Assembly: GCF_000143415.4 (NCBI RefSeq)
Contig: NW_003314266.1
Coordinates: 3,165,923-3,229,922 of the forward strand
Direction: 5' to 3'
DNA from: Selaginella moellendorffii
Lineage: Eukaryota > Plantae > Lycopodiophyta
DNA: 64,000 nucleotides
Shown: piece after piece, positions 49,501 through 61,167 of the stretch
Layout of the letters: every line of letters starts with the position of its first letter
Position numbering within the stretch: the first letter of the stretch is position 1
Made by a program: the position numbers and the translations under genes
The notes under the pieces: generated by a model
Seen by the model: the letters and a program-made list of their open reading frames with translations, nothing else
What the model was told of the DNA's origin: nothing
The model's database searches: none

Positions 49501-50665
49501 TATCCCAAGGAACGAATGCGAAGTCTTAGCACCCAAACGTGTACCCACTCGGATCATCGTTTTCATCTCTGCGTATACAACGAGACTAGTTGCCCAATCT
49601 CATTGAATAGTACTCGCTGAGACTCATTCTCTGATACCAAATGTAGCGCACGTGGTTTTGACCCTTTATCCTATGGTGATTTACCATAGGATAACACCAC
49701 GAAGCGGAACCTAAACCCTCTTTGTGCCACGTGACAGATGCCACGTGTCACATGCCACGTGTCCATGCCACGTGTCCATGCCACGTGTCCATAGGAACCC
49801 GAGGTTCAGGGCCTTGGGCCACTGAACGAAGGAACGGTGCCAAACTCCCAAGCGTGACGCCAAGGAGTGATGGAACCGGACCACGGAGCAACTCCCGAGC
49901 ATATAGCCCAAGGAGCGAAGGGACAGGGGCCCGGAGCGACTTGGAACAGTCCTAGAGCAACCAGCATCCCAATGCTAGGACCAGCACGCAAAACGGAGCC
50001 AAACGGAGTCTGGCGCTATTTCGGCATACCGGTGGCCTAACGTGAGAGTATGGGTACTCCACCAGCTAGCATGGAATGGAACTTGGGCTTAGACCCAAGC
50101 CGGACGCAGAACAAGGACAGGCACGCAAGCGGGAGCTAGACTATGCCTCAGGTTGGTCGGCCATGCCCGACCTACCCACTATCCCTACTATACATTTGGA
50201 ACCCCCCATAGCCCCCCCGCCTTGAGGAACACACGCTTTGGGCTNNNNNNNNNNNNNNNNNNNNNNNNNNNNNNNNNNNNNNNNNNNNNNNNNNNNNNNN
50301 NNNNNNNNNNNNNNNNNNNNNNNNNNNNNNNNNNNNNNNNNNNNGGCAGCCTCTGTAACCTAGCATGACCGATGGTGAGGGGAAAAATCTATTTATCGAG
50401 GGGTTCTTGATGCTTGCAAGTGCAACCCAATGACTCAAGTTTCTCATAGCAGGCCGAGTATGCTCAGCAAGAAACACATAGGGTTCCTACCTTATGTTGA
50501 TGCAATCTAAGTGCATGTTCATTGACCAGTTTCTCAACTAGTTCAAGTGGGAACTGATAACGGGTCCAGCAATACCGACCTCCTGCCATCGTGGCAGTAA
50601 GGTAAGAGTGTCCGTAAGGACTGGCCGACAGGTAACTTTCGATACCTGAAGTCACATTCGCGACA
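43514..50665 (-). mobile_element. Non-autonomous LTR element, copy 1 (innermost, youngest)
   Basis: LTRs 50665-49642 and 44656-43514, near-identical where sequenced; PBS TGGTATCAGAG; PPT; perfect TSD CCGTG (43509-43513 and 50666-50670). Confidence 0.95.
47384..47625. other. Assembly gap (other gaps at ~50245-50344, ~52302-52401, ~60523-60622)
   Basis: Runs of N. Confidence 0.99.
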
Positions 50666-52440
50666 CCGTGTCTGCCAAACACCCTCGCTATCATGCCCTT
50701 CGTGTTAGTCCCAAATGCTATTTATGGAAAGTGTCCAGATTTACTCATTTAGCATATCTACGGAATGTAGAGATCGTCCTGAACACAATGGTGTTCGTCC
50801 CGTGTCTAAATTCGCAATCTAGGGACATTCCATATTTAGTAAGTTTCGAGCTTGTCCCAGAGACTAACTCCTGATACTAAGGGAGGCTGCTGGTGGAGTA
50901 CTCATATCCTCGCGTTAGGCCACCGGTATGCCGAAATAGCGCTAGACTCCATTTGGCTCCGTTTTGCATGTTGGTTCTGGCATTGGGATGCTAGTTACTC
51001 TAGGACTGTTCCAAGTCGCTTCGGGCTCCTGCCCCTTCGCTCCTTGGGCTTTATGCTCAGGAGTTGCTCCGTGGTTCGGTTCCGTCACTCTTTGGCTCCA
51101 TGCTTGGGAGTTTGGCACCGTTCCTTCATTCAGTGGCCCAAGGCCCTGAACCTCGGGTTCCTATGGACACGTGGCATGGACACGTGGCATGTGACACGTG
51201 GCATATGTCACGTGGCACAAAGAGGGTTTAGGTTCTGCTTCGTGGTGTTATCCTATGGTAAATCACCATAGGATAAAGGGTTAAAACCACGTGCGCTACA
51301 GCCAAGGACCAATGGTACTGGAGTACGGAACGACTCTTGAGCATAACGAAGGGATAGGAGCATGGAGCAACTTGGATCAGTCCTAGAGCAACTAACATCC
51401 TAATGCCAAGACTAGTAAGCAAAACAAAATTAAATGGAATTTGGTGCTATTTTGGCATACTAATGGCCTAATGCAAAGACATGGGTATTCCACCAGCTAG
51501 CATGGTGTGAAATTTGGGCTTAGACCCAAGCCAGATGCAAAACAAAAAGAAACACGTAAATAGAAGAGTACTGATGTATTTCTAAGCTATAAAAGGTGAA
51601 AAATGAAGAAGCTCACTGAAGAAGCTTCCTGGAAATATTTTATCTAGAGAGAGAAAAAGTGACAGATTTCAGAAGTGAGAATTTGAAGAAGTTGTTTTCT
51701 ATAAAGTTGAAGATCTTATCAAGGGAAGTTCTTTGGTGGTGAAATCAAGTCAATCGAAGTTGTGGATGAAGAGTTATTAGCTGGAAAAGTCTCATCCATT
51801 GGTTGCTGTTTAAGTTTTTGGTAGTTTGAAAATTAGGTACGGCCATTCAGTTATTTTATAGTTTTTGTTCTTGTTTTCTCTCTCTAGTTCTTGAGTTCTT
51901 TCTACTCAAAGATGGTGGGACCTCCCATAGGCCGTCGAGATCCCGTTGCCGATTGTGTCACCAACAACGTGGATAAGGCGTATGATTGAGGAGCTAAGAA
52001 TTTTAGAGGAGCAACAAATTTCAACTACCTGTCCAACCTGTGGTCAAGTGTGGTACCGTTACCTATGCGTGATTATAGAGGAGTTACTGCAAGCCCAACA
52101 TACTCAATATGAGTGATTCGTAGTTACTGCTGAAATACAAGACCTAGGGGAGTCTTTCCGGTCTTTCTTTATTGTCATGTATATTTTCTAATAGGCTTTC
52201 ACCCCAAGCCTCCCTTAGACACCGGATGAATATCATTGTGTTTAGGATAATCTCTACATTCCATAGATATGCCAAATAAACAAGTCTAGACACTTTTAAA
52301 ANNNNNNNNNNNNNNNNNNNNNNNNNNNNNNNNNNNNNNNNNNNNNNNNNNNNNNNNNNNNNNNNNNNNNNNNNNNNNNNNNNNNNNNNNNNNNNNNNNN
52401 NTACAGGTAACTTTCGATACCCGAAATCACTTTCGCGACA

Positions 52441-54870
52441 AGTGCATATGAGATATGGTATTAACTATGACATTTGCATGTTTAGTCTTGTGCTCAATTG
52501 GAAATTCACTAAACTCCATGAGTTTGATCATCCATTATGCCTAGCAAGAGTCAAACTCCTTCTAGGTGAATAAGAACACCAATGGCTCATGATCTATGAA
52601 CATTGTAAACATAACACCAAATAAATAATGCTACCACACACGTAGCATATTAACAATTGCTAAAAGTTCCTGCTTATATATATAGTATCATTGCTCTATT
52701 GGGTTTAATATCCTACTTCATATGCAATAGGATGATCATTTTGCATGATAACACCACCCATAGCACTTGCATTCACAACTACTATATATGGTTTGCTTGG
52801 ATCTGCAATACGCAAGACCAGAGCATGAGCCAAAAGATCCTTCAAAGCTCAAACACTTTGTCCTTGCAATGTCTCTCATTCAAAATGAGTGTTCTAACAA
52901 AGCAACTGAGTCAAGGGAGAAGTAATATTAGCAAAGTGCTCAATAAACTTGTGGTAATAACCAGCCATTCCCAAGAAACTCCTCATTTCAATGATATTCT
53001 TCCACAATAGCAACTTTTCATGGGTCAATCTTGACTCTTTCAGCAAAGATAATATGGTCTAGATACTTGCATTCAGATTGCACAAACTTGCATTTACTCC
53101 TCTTAGAAAAAAGCGTATGCTTGTATAACAATTCCAACACTTTGCATGCAAATGCTGACTATGCTCAATCATATTCTTACTAAAGATAAAAATATTGTCA
53201 AGGAAGATCACCATGAAGTCATGCAAATACTTCTCAAATATCTGGGTCATGAAAAGTTGTTGGTGTATTCATAAGTCCAAATGGCATCACCATAAATTCA
53301 AAATGCTTGAAACTTATAGAGAAAGAAAGCATTGTGATATATATATCATTCAGAGCAATCTGATAACTACTTTGCAAGTCGATCTTCGTAAAGACTATGG
53401 CTTCCCCAATCTTATCCATGATGTTATCTAAATGTGGCATTGTCTTCTTGTTTAAAGCACAGTAATTAATACACATTTGCATCAAGCCATCTTTCTTCAT
53501 AACAAGTAAGATTGATGCTCCAAATGGAGACTTATTTGGCTGGATAAAACTGTCCTCAAGCAACTCAATCACTTGACACCACTTCCTTGGCATGACTTAG
53601 CTGAAATGGTCATCAATAGATTGGCTTTGTGCCTGGTTCTAGCACAATTTCATGCTCAACTCAAAGGTGGTAAATCAATGTTAACTTAGCTAGGAATAGG
53701 TCCTTGAACTCCTTGAGTTCCTCCTCCATTGCTGATTCTCCACACAAAAATGTTGACGTATCCAACTCTTGGATATATATCAAATAGAGCTCATTCTCTT
53801 TATTGTGCACAACACTCTTTAAAGACATTGTTGATATCAACTTAGTCAAGTTGGGAACATCACATCCAAACCAAGTATCACATATGCCACCATACTCAAG
53901 CTTCACATGTCGAAGGCTCCACTTGATCTTGGGATCAACATGTATGTGCTATGATATGCTAAGGATCATGTCCACATGATGCAAATTTGCAAGAAAGAAA
54001 TCTTAAACCATGGTGATCTTGCCAACTTTCACCAATAAGTCATGCATTGCATCATCCCACTGCTAGTTCTCAGTGGCAGCTTCAGAAATTCCATAAGGAA
54101 ACACTTTAGTCACTAGTAGCTTGTACTCCTCAACAAACTTTGCTGAGAAAAAATTGTTAGAACTACCATTGCCCAGCAGAATGCGCCCTAGATGATTTCC
54201 AGCAATCCCTCAACTCAAATCACACGAGATTCTGAAGCCAAGTCTATGGGATCATCACTCTAAATCCCATTGAGTGTACAGGCAATCATGGAGATATACT
54301 TCTTGCCTAGATTCTCCTCGCATTGCACTTCCTGAACCTGCTCAAAGCTCTAGCACTCCAGCACTGAACCTGGATGAGTTCCAAGGCATCATCTGTAGGG
54401 ACATTAGTGCCATCAAATCAGGAATCCAAGCTTGATATGTAACACAACTCCCACCACCTCACATCTTCCTGATGCACTTATGCATGTCTGCCAAGGATGC
54501 ATGCATGTCAACTTCAAGATTCTGGATATTGCTGTTGAGAGCTTGCAATTCCAGCAACCTCATCCACCGTCCAAGCCTCACAGATGATGGATTAGCAGCT
54601 TCTTCCACAGAATCCATAGCAACAAACTCACAGATTTTGTACTCTAGCCTCTAATACCAATTGTTAGAACCTAGGGAAAAATTACCACGTTGAAGTAGAG
54701 CAGATTGCCACCTAGCCACCCCTAAGCCCTCTATGCCACTGTTCACAGTAGTGAGCACACTCCACCTCTGCCATGTCTCAAGTTATGAACTTATCCCCTG
54801 TTAAAATAAACTAACTAAACTAAACTTTGTCATCCTTTAAGACACATGGATTAATATTAATCCCAGGATT
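52441..54870 (-). mobile_element. Decayed Ty3/gypsy element (LTR end, PBS, PR-RT-RH), same family as 19.6-22.2 kb
   Basis: PBS TGGTATTAGAG next to an LTR end at ~54662; RT fragments 53234-53593 (SPFGASILLVMKKDG, MPFGLMN) and 53059-53250. Confidence 0.85.
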
Positions 54871-54882
54871 ATAAAAATTCAG

Positions 54883-55431
54883 CTCCTTGACAGGATCCTC
54901 TCTGTGGTCATGAGATGCCTAGACGAACTTCCTAGCCGACAGTGTCATGGGCATGCCCCAGTAGTCCTCATAGTTGACAACCCAGTCAAAGAGCACCATA
55001 CTCCAATGCCTTGGTGGGAACTGCTAGAAGGATGTAGCTGTGGGTTCCTCATAGATGAGGACTTCTTTAGCATCTAACTGTACGAATTGAACTTTAGGTA
55101 CATGTAGGCTGGAATGCTCCAAGGCCCTCCCCAATAAAGGGCAATTGCATGTGTATGATGCTGCTTGGGGCAGATGTTTCAATGAGCATAGCTTGGGTGA
55201 ATGAGCAATGTTGTGTCAGGGCAGCCACATATAGTCAACTGCTGGTTATAGCAAACATCGAAGAAGAGGATCAAGGAGGTGGTGGTGTATTATAGACGAG
55301 CTTGAGAGGAGAAGTAGGAGCATGAGCATGAGTTCAAGCTTCTACAAGTGTGCTGCAACCAAAGGTAGATCCACCAATAACTCTTGTGCCCAAGCTCACA
55401 TCTGGGCTCTTGTGCTCTCCTACTCACTCAC
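54883..55431 (-). pseudogene. Degenerate partial duplicate of the 33.98-34.71 kb exon
   Basis: Colinear nucleotide similarity (for example GTAGTCCTC(G/A)TAGTTGACAACCCAGTC and CATACTCCAATGCCTTGGTGGGAAC), with internal deletions and CpG loss. Confidence 0.9.
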
Positions 55432-55467
55432 TTCCAAATAGCCCATCTAACATTTATTAACATCAAT

Positions 55468-57860
55468 TGATAACATGTGGCATTCAAACCCTTGAAATAG
55501 TTAAAGTCATGTTTTGATTGGTCTAGGGTGTGACATGGAGATATTCCTTGGGAGTCATGGGAGAAGGATTTGTACTAGAGAATAGTAGAAATTTGAAGGA
55601 AATCAGCAGAAGAACTAGTTATATAGAGGGTAAGTGATTAATAGTGTTTGAAATTTTTTTTAGAGTGATCTTTGTAAGCAGTGAGGAGATTGTGAGTGCT
55701 AGTGAGATTGCACTCAATTTTTAGTGAGGTTTAGAGTGTTTTGAAGAGCTTTTATTGTAGCTCATGGTTGGCCATTGGTAACATGGAGTCCTTGAGCAAT
55801 TTCACAAAGTAATCCTTGTTTGTTTCTCTCATAACTCACTAGATTCTTGCCTTGGTGCTACGTAATAGAATATGTACAGCACAACACTTTTAGCCTTGGT
55901 TCTAGTAGAGACCCTACTAAATCAAAGCGGTCAGAGGATAGCTCCAAACCCAAATACATTTTGCAAGCTAGGAACAAGGTGCCACCTTTTCTTGGCTGAG
56001 TGGCTAGTGAATATAGTTTCTTCAATCCTGGTGTGGGGAGACTTGCAAGTGGAAATTGTATGTGCATTTAACTAAGTGGCTCATTAAGTCCTTAAATCTT
56101 TGTTTGAAACTCTAGTATACTCCTGCTGACTTCATGCTTCCACATTCTTGGAGGAGCTTCTTGCACAATTAGCCATATAGCTAAATATCAGCTAGTGACA
56201 TAGGTCAACTAGGGTGAGTTTGACTATTTCTCATTCCTTGGTATCAGAGGGTAGTAAAATATTACATATCCTAACATTTTGTTATATAAGGAGTAACTAG
56301 ATAGAGAGGTCTATTATCTTTTAGAATTAATAAGAAAATCTTTGAGATTTTTGGGAAGGAGTATCCTATTCCATGGCAGGAGGGAGCTTGACTCCTAGAG
56401 GGCTAAAAGGCTATTCTTGGAAGAGATCTAAGTGATGCAGCTAGGGAGATATTGATGAGAAAGAATAGGCCAAAGATGAGGAGGTAAGAGGATTTCAGCT
56501 AGCTCCAATGCACTTGTGAGAGGAGTTATAATAGTGTCACTAGCAACAACCATGTTGGAAGTTGGGCTGTTATGAAGCTTTAAAAATATGAAATATCCCA
56601 AACCGATTGGAAAAAGGGATACACTCTTGCTTTATGACCAAGGGTATAGTTATGTGGTGAGGAAGTCCCAGAGATTAGTGGGGTTTAAAGGATGAGCCTT
56701 CAAACCTTGGATCTGTAGTGATGTTGGCAAGTACTACTATAGACAAAGAGAGACTTAGTGAGGATTAAAGAAAGGATATTGGGGAATAGTGTTCCCTATA
56801 CTTGGGTATATTGCCAAGTGGGGGGATGCTTTGGAGTTGTGATGCACAATTAGTGTACTTAGTGTGAAAGTTTGGCATATATAACTTGAACACATAGTGT
56901 AAGTGGCACCAAAGATGTGGTGAATAATATAAAGACACTCAATCTCAATTGCTATGGACCTTTGCCCGGAAGGACTGATTAAGTGCACTGCCAAGTGTGG
57001 GGGGGTGCCTTCAGGGTTGTGGTCAACAACTTAAAAGTTTACTAAACCTAGTATCTATTAGTAAACTTGGTGGGATGGACCACTAAATGATTATGTGGTT
57101 GGATAATCATATATAAGATCTTTGCTTGGTTAAGGAATATTGTTTTTAATTTAAAGTAGTGATTTAAACAAATGGTATGGTGTGACTTAGTCAAGGTGAC
57201 CAAGTGAAAAGGATACTTATATGAACTAATTTGTGACAATACAATAGTATTGTGAATCCAACAAAGTAGCTTCTAAAGAAGGACCCATGAAAAGGTCATA
57301 AAACTAAGCTATGGATAATGCCTACATTGGAAAAACCTAAAGAGACTTACTAAAATTGAACACTTTTTAGGTATGGCAAAATAAAGCCTTTGCTATTTGG
57401 TGCAACAATCAAAGTATAGAAGAATAAAACTAATGGCTAAGATTGTGCCTTAGTATTTTGTAGAGGGAATTTAATCAATAAGGTTGGTAAGAAATCACCA
57501 TATAGTGGATGTTAACAAATCATGGGAAAGGTAATAAATTTCCAAAAGATAAGATTCCCAACTGCTCCAATTTTGTAAAAGGTGAAAACTCTAAGAGATG
57601 GAGCGAAGGCAAGGTAGCCAAATGATAGGATCATGGATAACCTTAGCATAATGGATGGATAAATGGAATTTAGTGCCTAATGTTAGCATGAGATAAAAGA
57701 GAGGATAATAGTGCCATCAAATAAAGAACTCCCTAGGATAAGGAAGTGGAATTTACACAATATAGGCAATGGAAGGTGTTGGAAATACCTAGGATATTAG
57801 GAGAAGTCAATATTAAAGTTCCAAAAAAGTGATGGTTATGTTTGAGATTACTCCAAAATG
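55468..57860 (+). mobile_element. LTR retrotransposon relic (LTR, PBS, decayed gag-pol start)
   Basis: PBS TTGGTATCAGAG near 56239 after an LTR-like segment; purine-rich decayed gag-like sequence downstream. Boundaries approximate. Confidence 0.55.
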
Positions 57861-57865
57861 AGTAG

Positions 57866-60018
57866 TAAGTTGCCCAAACAGCAAATAGAAAATCAAATGG
57901 TAGTTGGTACCAAGTTAGCAATTCTTGGCCTTTCCTAGCTGTTAGTTTCACTCAAATCACTTCAAATACCTCACGATTATACAATAGTTTGACCTCCTCT
58001 AGTGAGAGCATGCTGATAAATTGAAGATGCTCAATGTCATGTACTAATGTATAAGCTTGAAATGCAAACTAGTTTAGCCTGCAAAAACATGATATTGGCT
58101 AAGTTTATAAAAAATAAATTCTTACATGTTGATTTTATAGCATGCCATGTTAAGCTTCATAGTGTGCTCCCGAGTCATTGGTTTAACAATTGTGATTGGA
58201 ACACTAATGTGTCATTCTGTGTCATCTCTAAACTTCTCCTGAATGCACTTCCAAAATGCCAGCCACCTATGGTTTCCATTGATTACCCAAAAGAGCTTTC
58301 CAATGAACCCTACAATCTCCATATGTTATTCTAAGAATCAATCAAGCTCATAGGACTTTTGCAGCCATATAAAATCCCATTTTTACTCAAGTTCAGTAGT
58401 CATTGGCTCTATCTGGCCAGTTCCGGGGAAAGTTGGTGAAATGATAAAGGTACCAGCTGTGCTCCCAAACCTGACCTCTACAAATAAGCTGTAGAGAGCC
58501 ATGTTGAGGTTGTAAGATGAGCGCACCCAATAGCTTTGAACCAACCGGCACAAAGGAACCAAAAAGCAATGAGGGCCATTCCATGCCATTTCTTGTAACA
58601 CTTTATTAATTGTCCATTCTTGAGCTTGGATAATTGTATCCTAAACACAGTTATTCAAGATGGTGTCAAAATCATGCATGTATAATCCCTCACCACCACT
58701 AGTTCCCCACACACCACTAGCCTAAGGAGTAATAGGAGCAGTTACCACGGCCTTAGTAGCCTCTGCAGTAGATTCAACTACAACACTACCAATAACCTCC
58801 TTAGTAGGTTTATCTATATTGCCACGAGCAGCCTTAGCAGCCAAAGGCACAACTCCCCCACCACCACCGGCATCAAACACAAGTACCCCACCACCAATAG
58901 CTGTAGCCTCAGCAGTATCAATACCAATAGCCTCAATAACAGTAGTATCAAAGTCAATTTGACTCAACATCCACATTGTTGTTATACTCTTTGTTGCCTC
59001 CTTTAGCACGACCAGCAAGAACTTTATTGGATATTTGGGATGAATATCCACTCAATCGGCCAAGCCCACAGCGATTAAAGTAATTGCCTTTTCCTTAGGA
59101 GTTTGCTCCTCACAGTGTGCTCCCGAGTCATTGGTTTAACAACAGTGACTGGAACACTAATGTGTCATTCTTTGTCATCTCTGAACTTGCACTTCCAAAA
59201 TGCTAGCCACCTATGGTTTCCATTGATCACCCAAATGAGCTTTTTAATGAATCCTGCAATCTCCACATGTTATTCTAAGAATCAATCAAGCTCATAGGAC
59301 TTTTGCAACCATATAAAATCCCATTTTTACTCGAGTTCAATAGTCATTGGCTCTATCTGGCCAGTTCTGGGGAAAGTTGGTGAAATGATAAAGGTACCAG
59401 TTGTGCTCCCAAACTTGACCTCTACAAATAAGCTGTAGAGAGCCATGTTGAGGTTGTAAGATGAGCGCACCCAATAGCTTTGAACCAATTGGCACAAAGG
59501 AACCAAAAAGCAATAAGGGCCATTCCATGCCATTTCTTGTAACACTTTACTAATTGTCTATTCTTGAGTTTGGATAATTGTATCCCAAACATAATCATTC
59601 AAGATGGTGTCAAAATCATGCATGTATAATCCCTCACCACCACTAATTCCCCACACACCACTAGCCTGAGGAGTAGTAGAAGTATTTACTACGGCCTTAG
59701 TAGCCTCTACAGTAGATTCAACTACAACACTACCAATAACTTCTTTAGTAGGTTTATCTATATTGCCATGAGCAGCCTTAACAACCAAAGGCACAACTCC
59801 CCCACCACCACCAGCATCAAACACAAGTACCCCACCACTAGTAGTTGTAGCCTCAGGAGCACCAATACCAACAGCCTCAATAACAGTAGCATCAAGGTTA
59901 ATTTGACTCAACATCCATCCTTTAACACGACTGACAAGAACTTTATTGGATATTTGGGATGAATCTCCACTCAATCGGCCAAGCCCACAACGATTAATGT
60001 GATTGCCTTTTCTTGGAG
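57866..60018 (-). pseudogene. Second, diverged ParB-domain gene fragment (N-terminal half of the ParB-MTase family); first exon tandemly duplicated
   Basis: Manual translation through stops gives ..KWDFIWLQKSYELD..FIGKLFWVINGNHRWLAFWKCIQEKFRDD..HISVP..ACYKIN, intron 58125-58079, then LN*FAFQAYTLVHDIEHLQF..WYQ..FAVWA. This aligns with exons 1-2 of the 25-28.6 kb gene, with the same intron position and phase. Units 58161-59101 and 59114-60018 are a ~950-bp tandem duplication. Confidence 0.85.
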
Positions 60019-60245
60019 ACTAGGACTATTAAAGCTAGCTTTAATACTTCCTCTAAAATTGAAAAACAATATACTATAACATCTAACTTGTAATATAAAG
60101 TAAACTTATGGCATTTTAAATTCAAATCCCTTGTTGGAAGTTTCAATTAGTCAAGCTTGATTTATATATGCTCTCACAAAAATAATTTATAAGTAAAAGA
60201 TGTGAAAAATAGATGTAAACTACAAGAAATGCAAAGTCATTGGGA

Positions 60246-60441
60246 GAGATCGGTTTGCACAAGAACCAACCTCACCCTACCTCTTGAGAAAAAAGAAAAA
60301 CACAATAAAAATATTGAAGAGGTTGGTTCGTGTAAGAATTGACATCTTCCACCTTCTCATTTTCACAAGAAATGTCCCATCAAGTCATTAAAATTAAGAG
60401 AAAACCTTGAAGATGTTAGTTTGCACAAGAATCGACATTTC
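60246..60441. repeat. Three copies of a ~28-bp imperfect palindrome
   Basis: GAGATCGGTTTGCACAAGAACCAACCTC (60246-60273), GAGGTTGGTTCGTGTAAGAATTGACATC (60319-60346), GATGTTAGTTTGCACAAGAATCGACATT (60412-60439). Confidence 0.75.
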
Positions 60442-60622
60442 TACCCATTGACATTTGTGTGTATGTTTCTTTCTTCGAATGAGAGTGCAAGTGAAGATCC
60501 ATAAATTTTAGATAACATGTTANNNNNNNNNNNNNNNNNNNNNNNNNNNNNNNNNNNNNNNNNNNNNNNNNNNNNNNNNNNNNNNNNNNNNNNNNNNNNN
60601 NNNNNNNNNNNNNNNNNNNNNN

Positions 60623-60925
60623 ACACATATACACATATACACACATATACACACACATATACATATACACACACATATACATACATACACACACATACAT
60701 ATACACACATACACACATACATATACATATAGACACACATATACATATATATACATATATATATATATACATATATATATATATGTATATACATATGTAT
60801 ATATGTATATATGTATATGTATATATGTATATACGTATATATAAAAATATGTATATACATATATATGTATGTATATATATATATGTATGTATATATGTAT
60901 ATATATGTATATATGTATATATATG

Positions 60926-60960
<35 letters not shown>

Positions 60961-61099
60961 GTATATATATGTATATATGTATATATATGTATATATATGT
61001 ATATATATGTATATATATGTATATATATGTATATATATGTATATATATGTATATATATGTATATATATATGTATATATATGTATATATATGTATATATA

Positions 61100-61161
<62 letters not shown>

Positions 61162-61167
61162 TATATG
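60623..61167. repeat. Compound (CA/TA/TATG)n microsatellite next to an assembly gap
   Basis: Directly visible dinucleotide-based repeat. The Y/I/M-rich ORFs over it are artefacts. Confidence 0.98.

Larger units (their letters stand above)
37227..51300 (+). mobile_element. Non-autonomous LTR element, copy 2 (middle)
   Basis: 5' LTR 37227-38374 (TGTCGCG...GCTACA); PBS TGGTACCAGAG; ~4.8-kb ORF-less interior; PPT AGGGGGGGAGAG; 3' LTR 43198-43513 plus 50671-51300, split by copy 1; TSD GCTAA/GCCAA (one mismatch). Confidence 0.92.
35500..52440 (-). mobile_element. Non-autonomous LTR element, copy 3 (outermost, oldest, 3'-truncated)
   Basis: 5' LTR starts TGTCGCG at 52440, is split by copy 2 between 51306 and 37226, and ends ..GCACTACA at 37048, followed by the PBS TGGTATCAGAG. 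Internal region 37047-~35500 is homologous to copies 1 and 2. Confidence 0.85.

Noticed and set aside
50345-50400. Divergence between the two LTRs of copy 1 right after the N-gap
   Set aside because: Adjacent to an assembly gap and may come from another family member, so it was not treated as biology.
37990-51422. Recurrent 60-140 aa ORFs in the LTRs (e.g. MRVGPGIGMLVTLG.., MGFMLGSCSVVRF..)
   Set aside because: They recur only because the LTR is repeated, overlap in several frames and show no domain signal.
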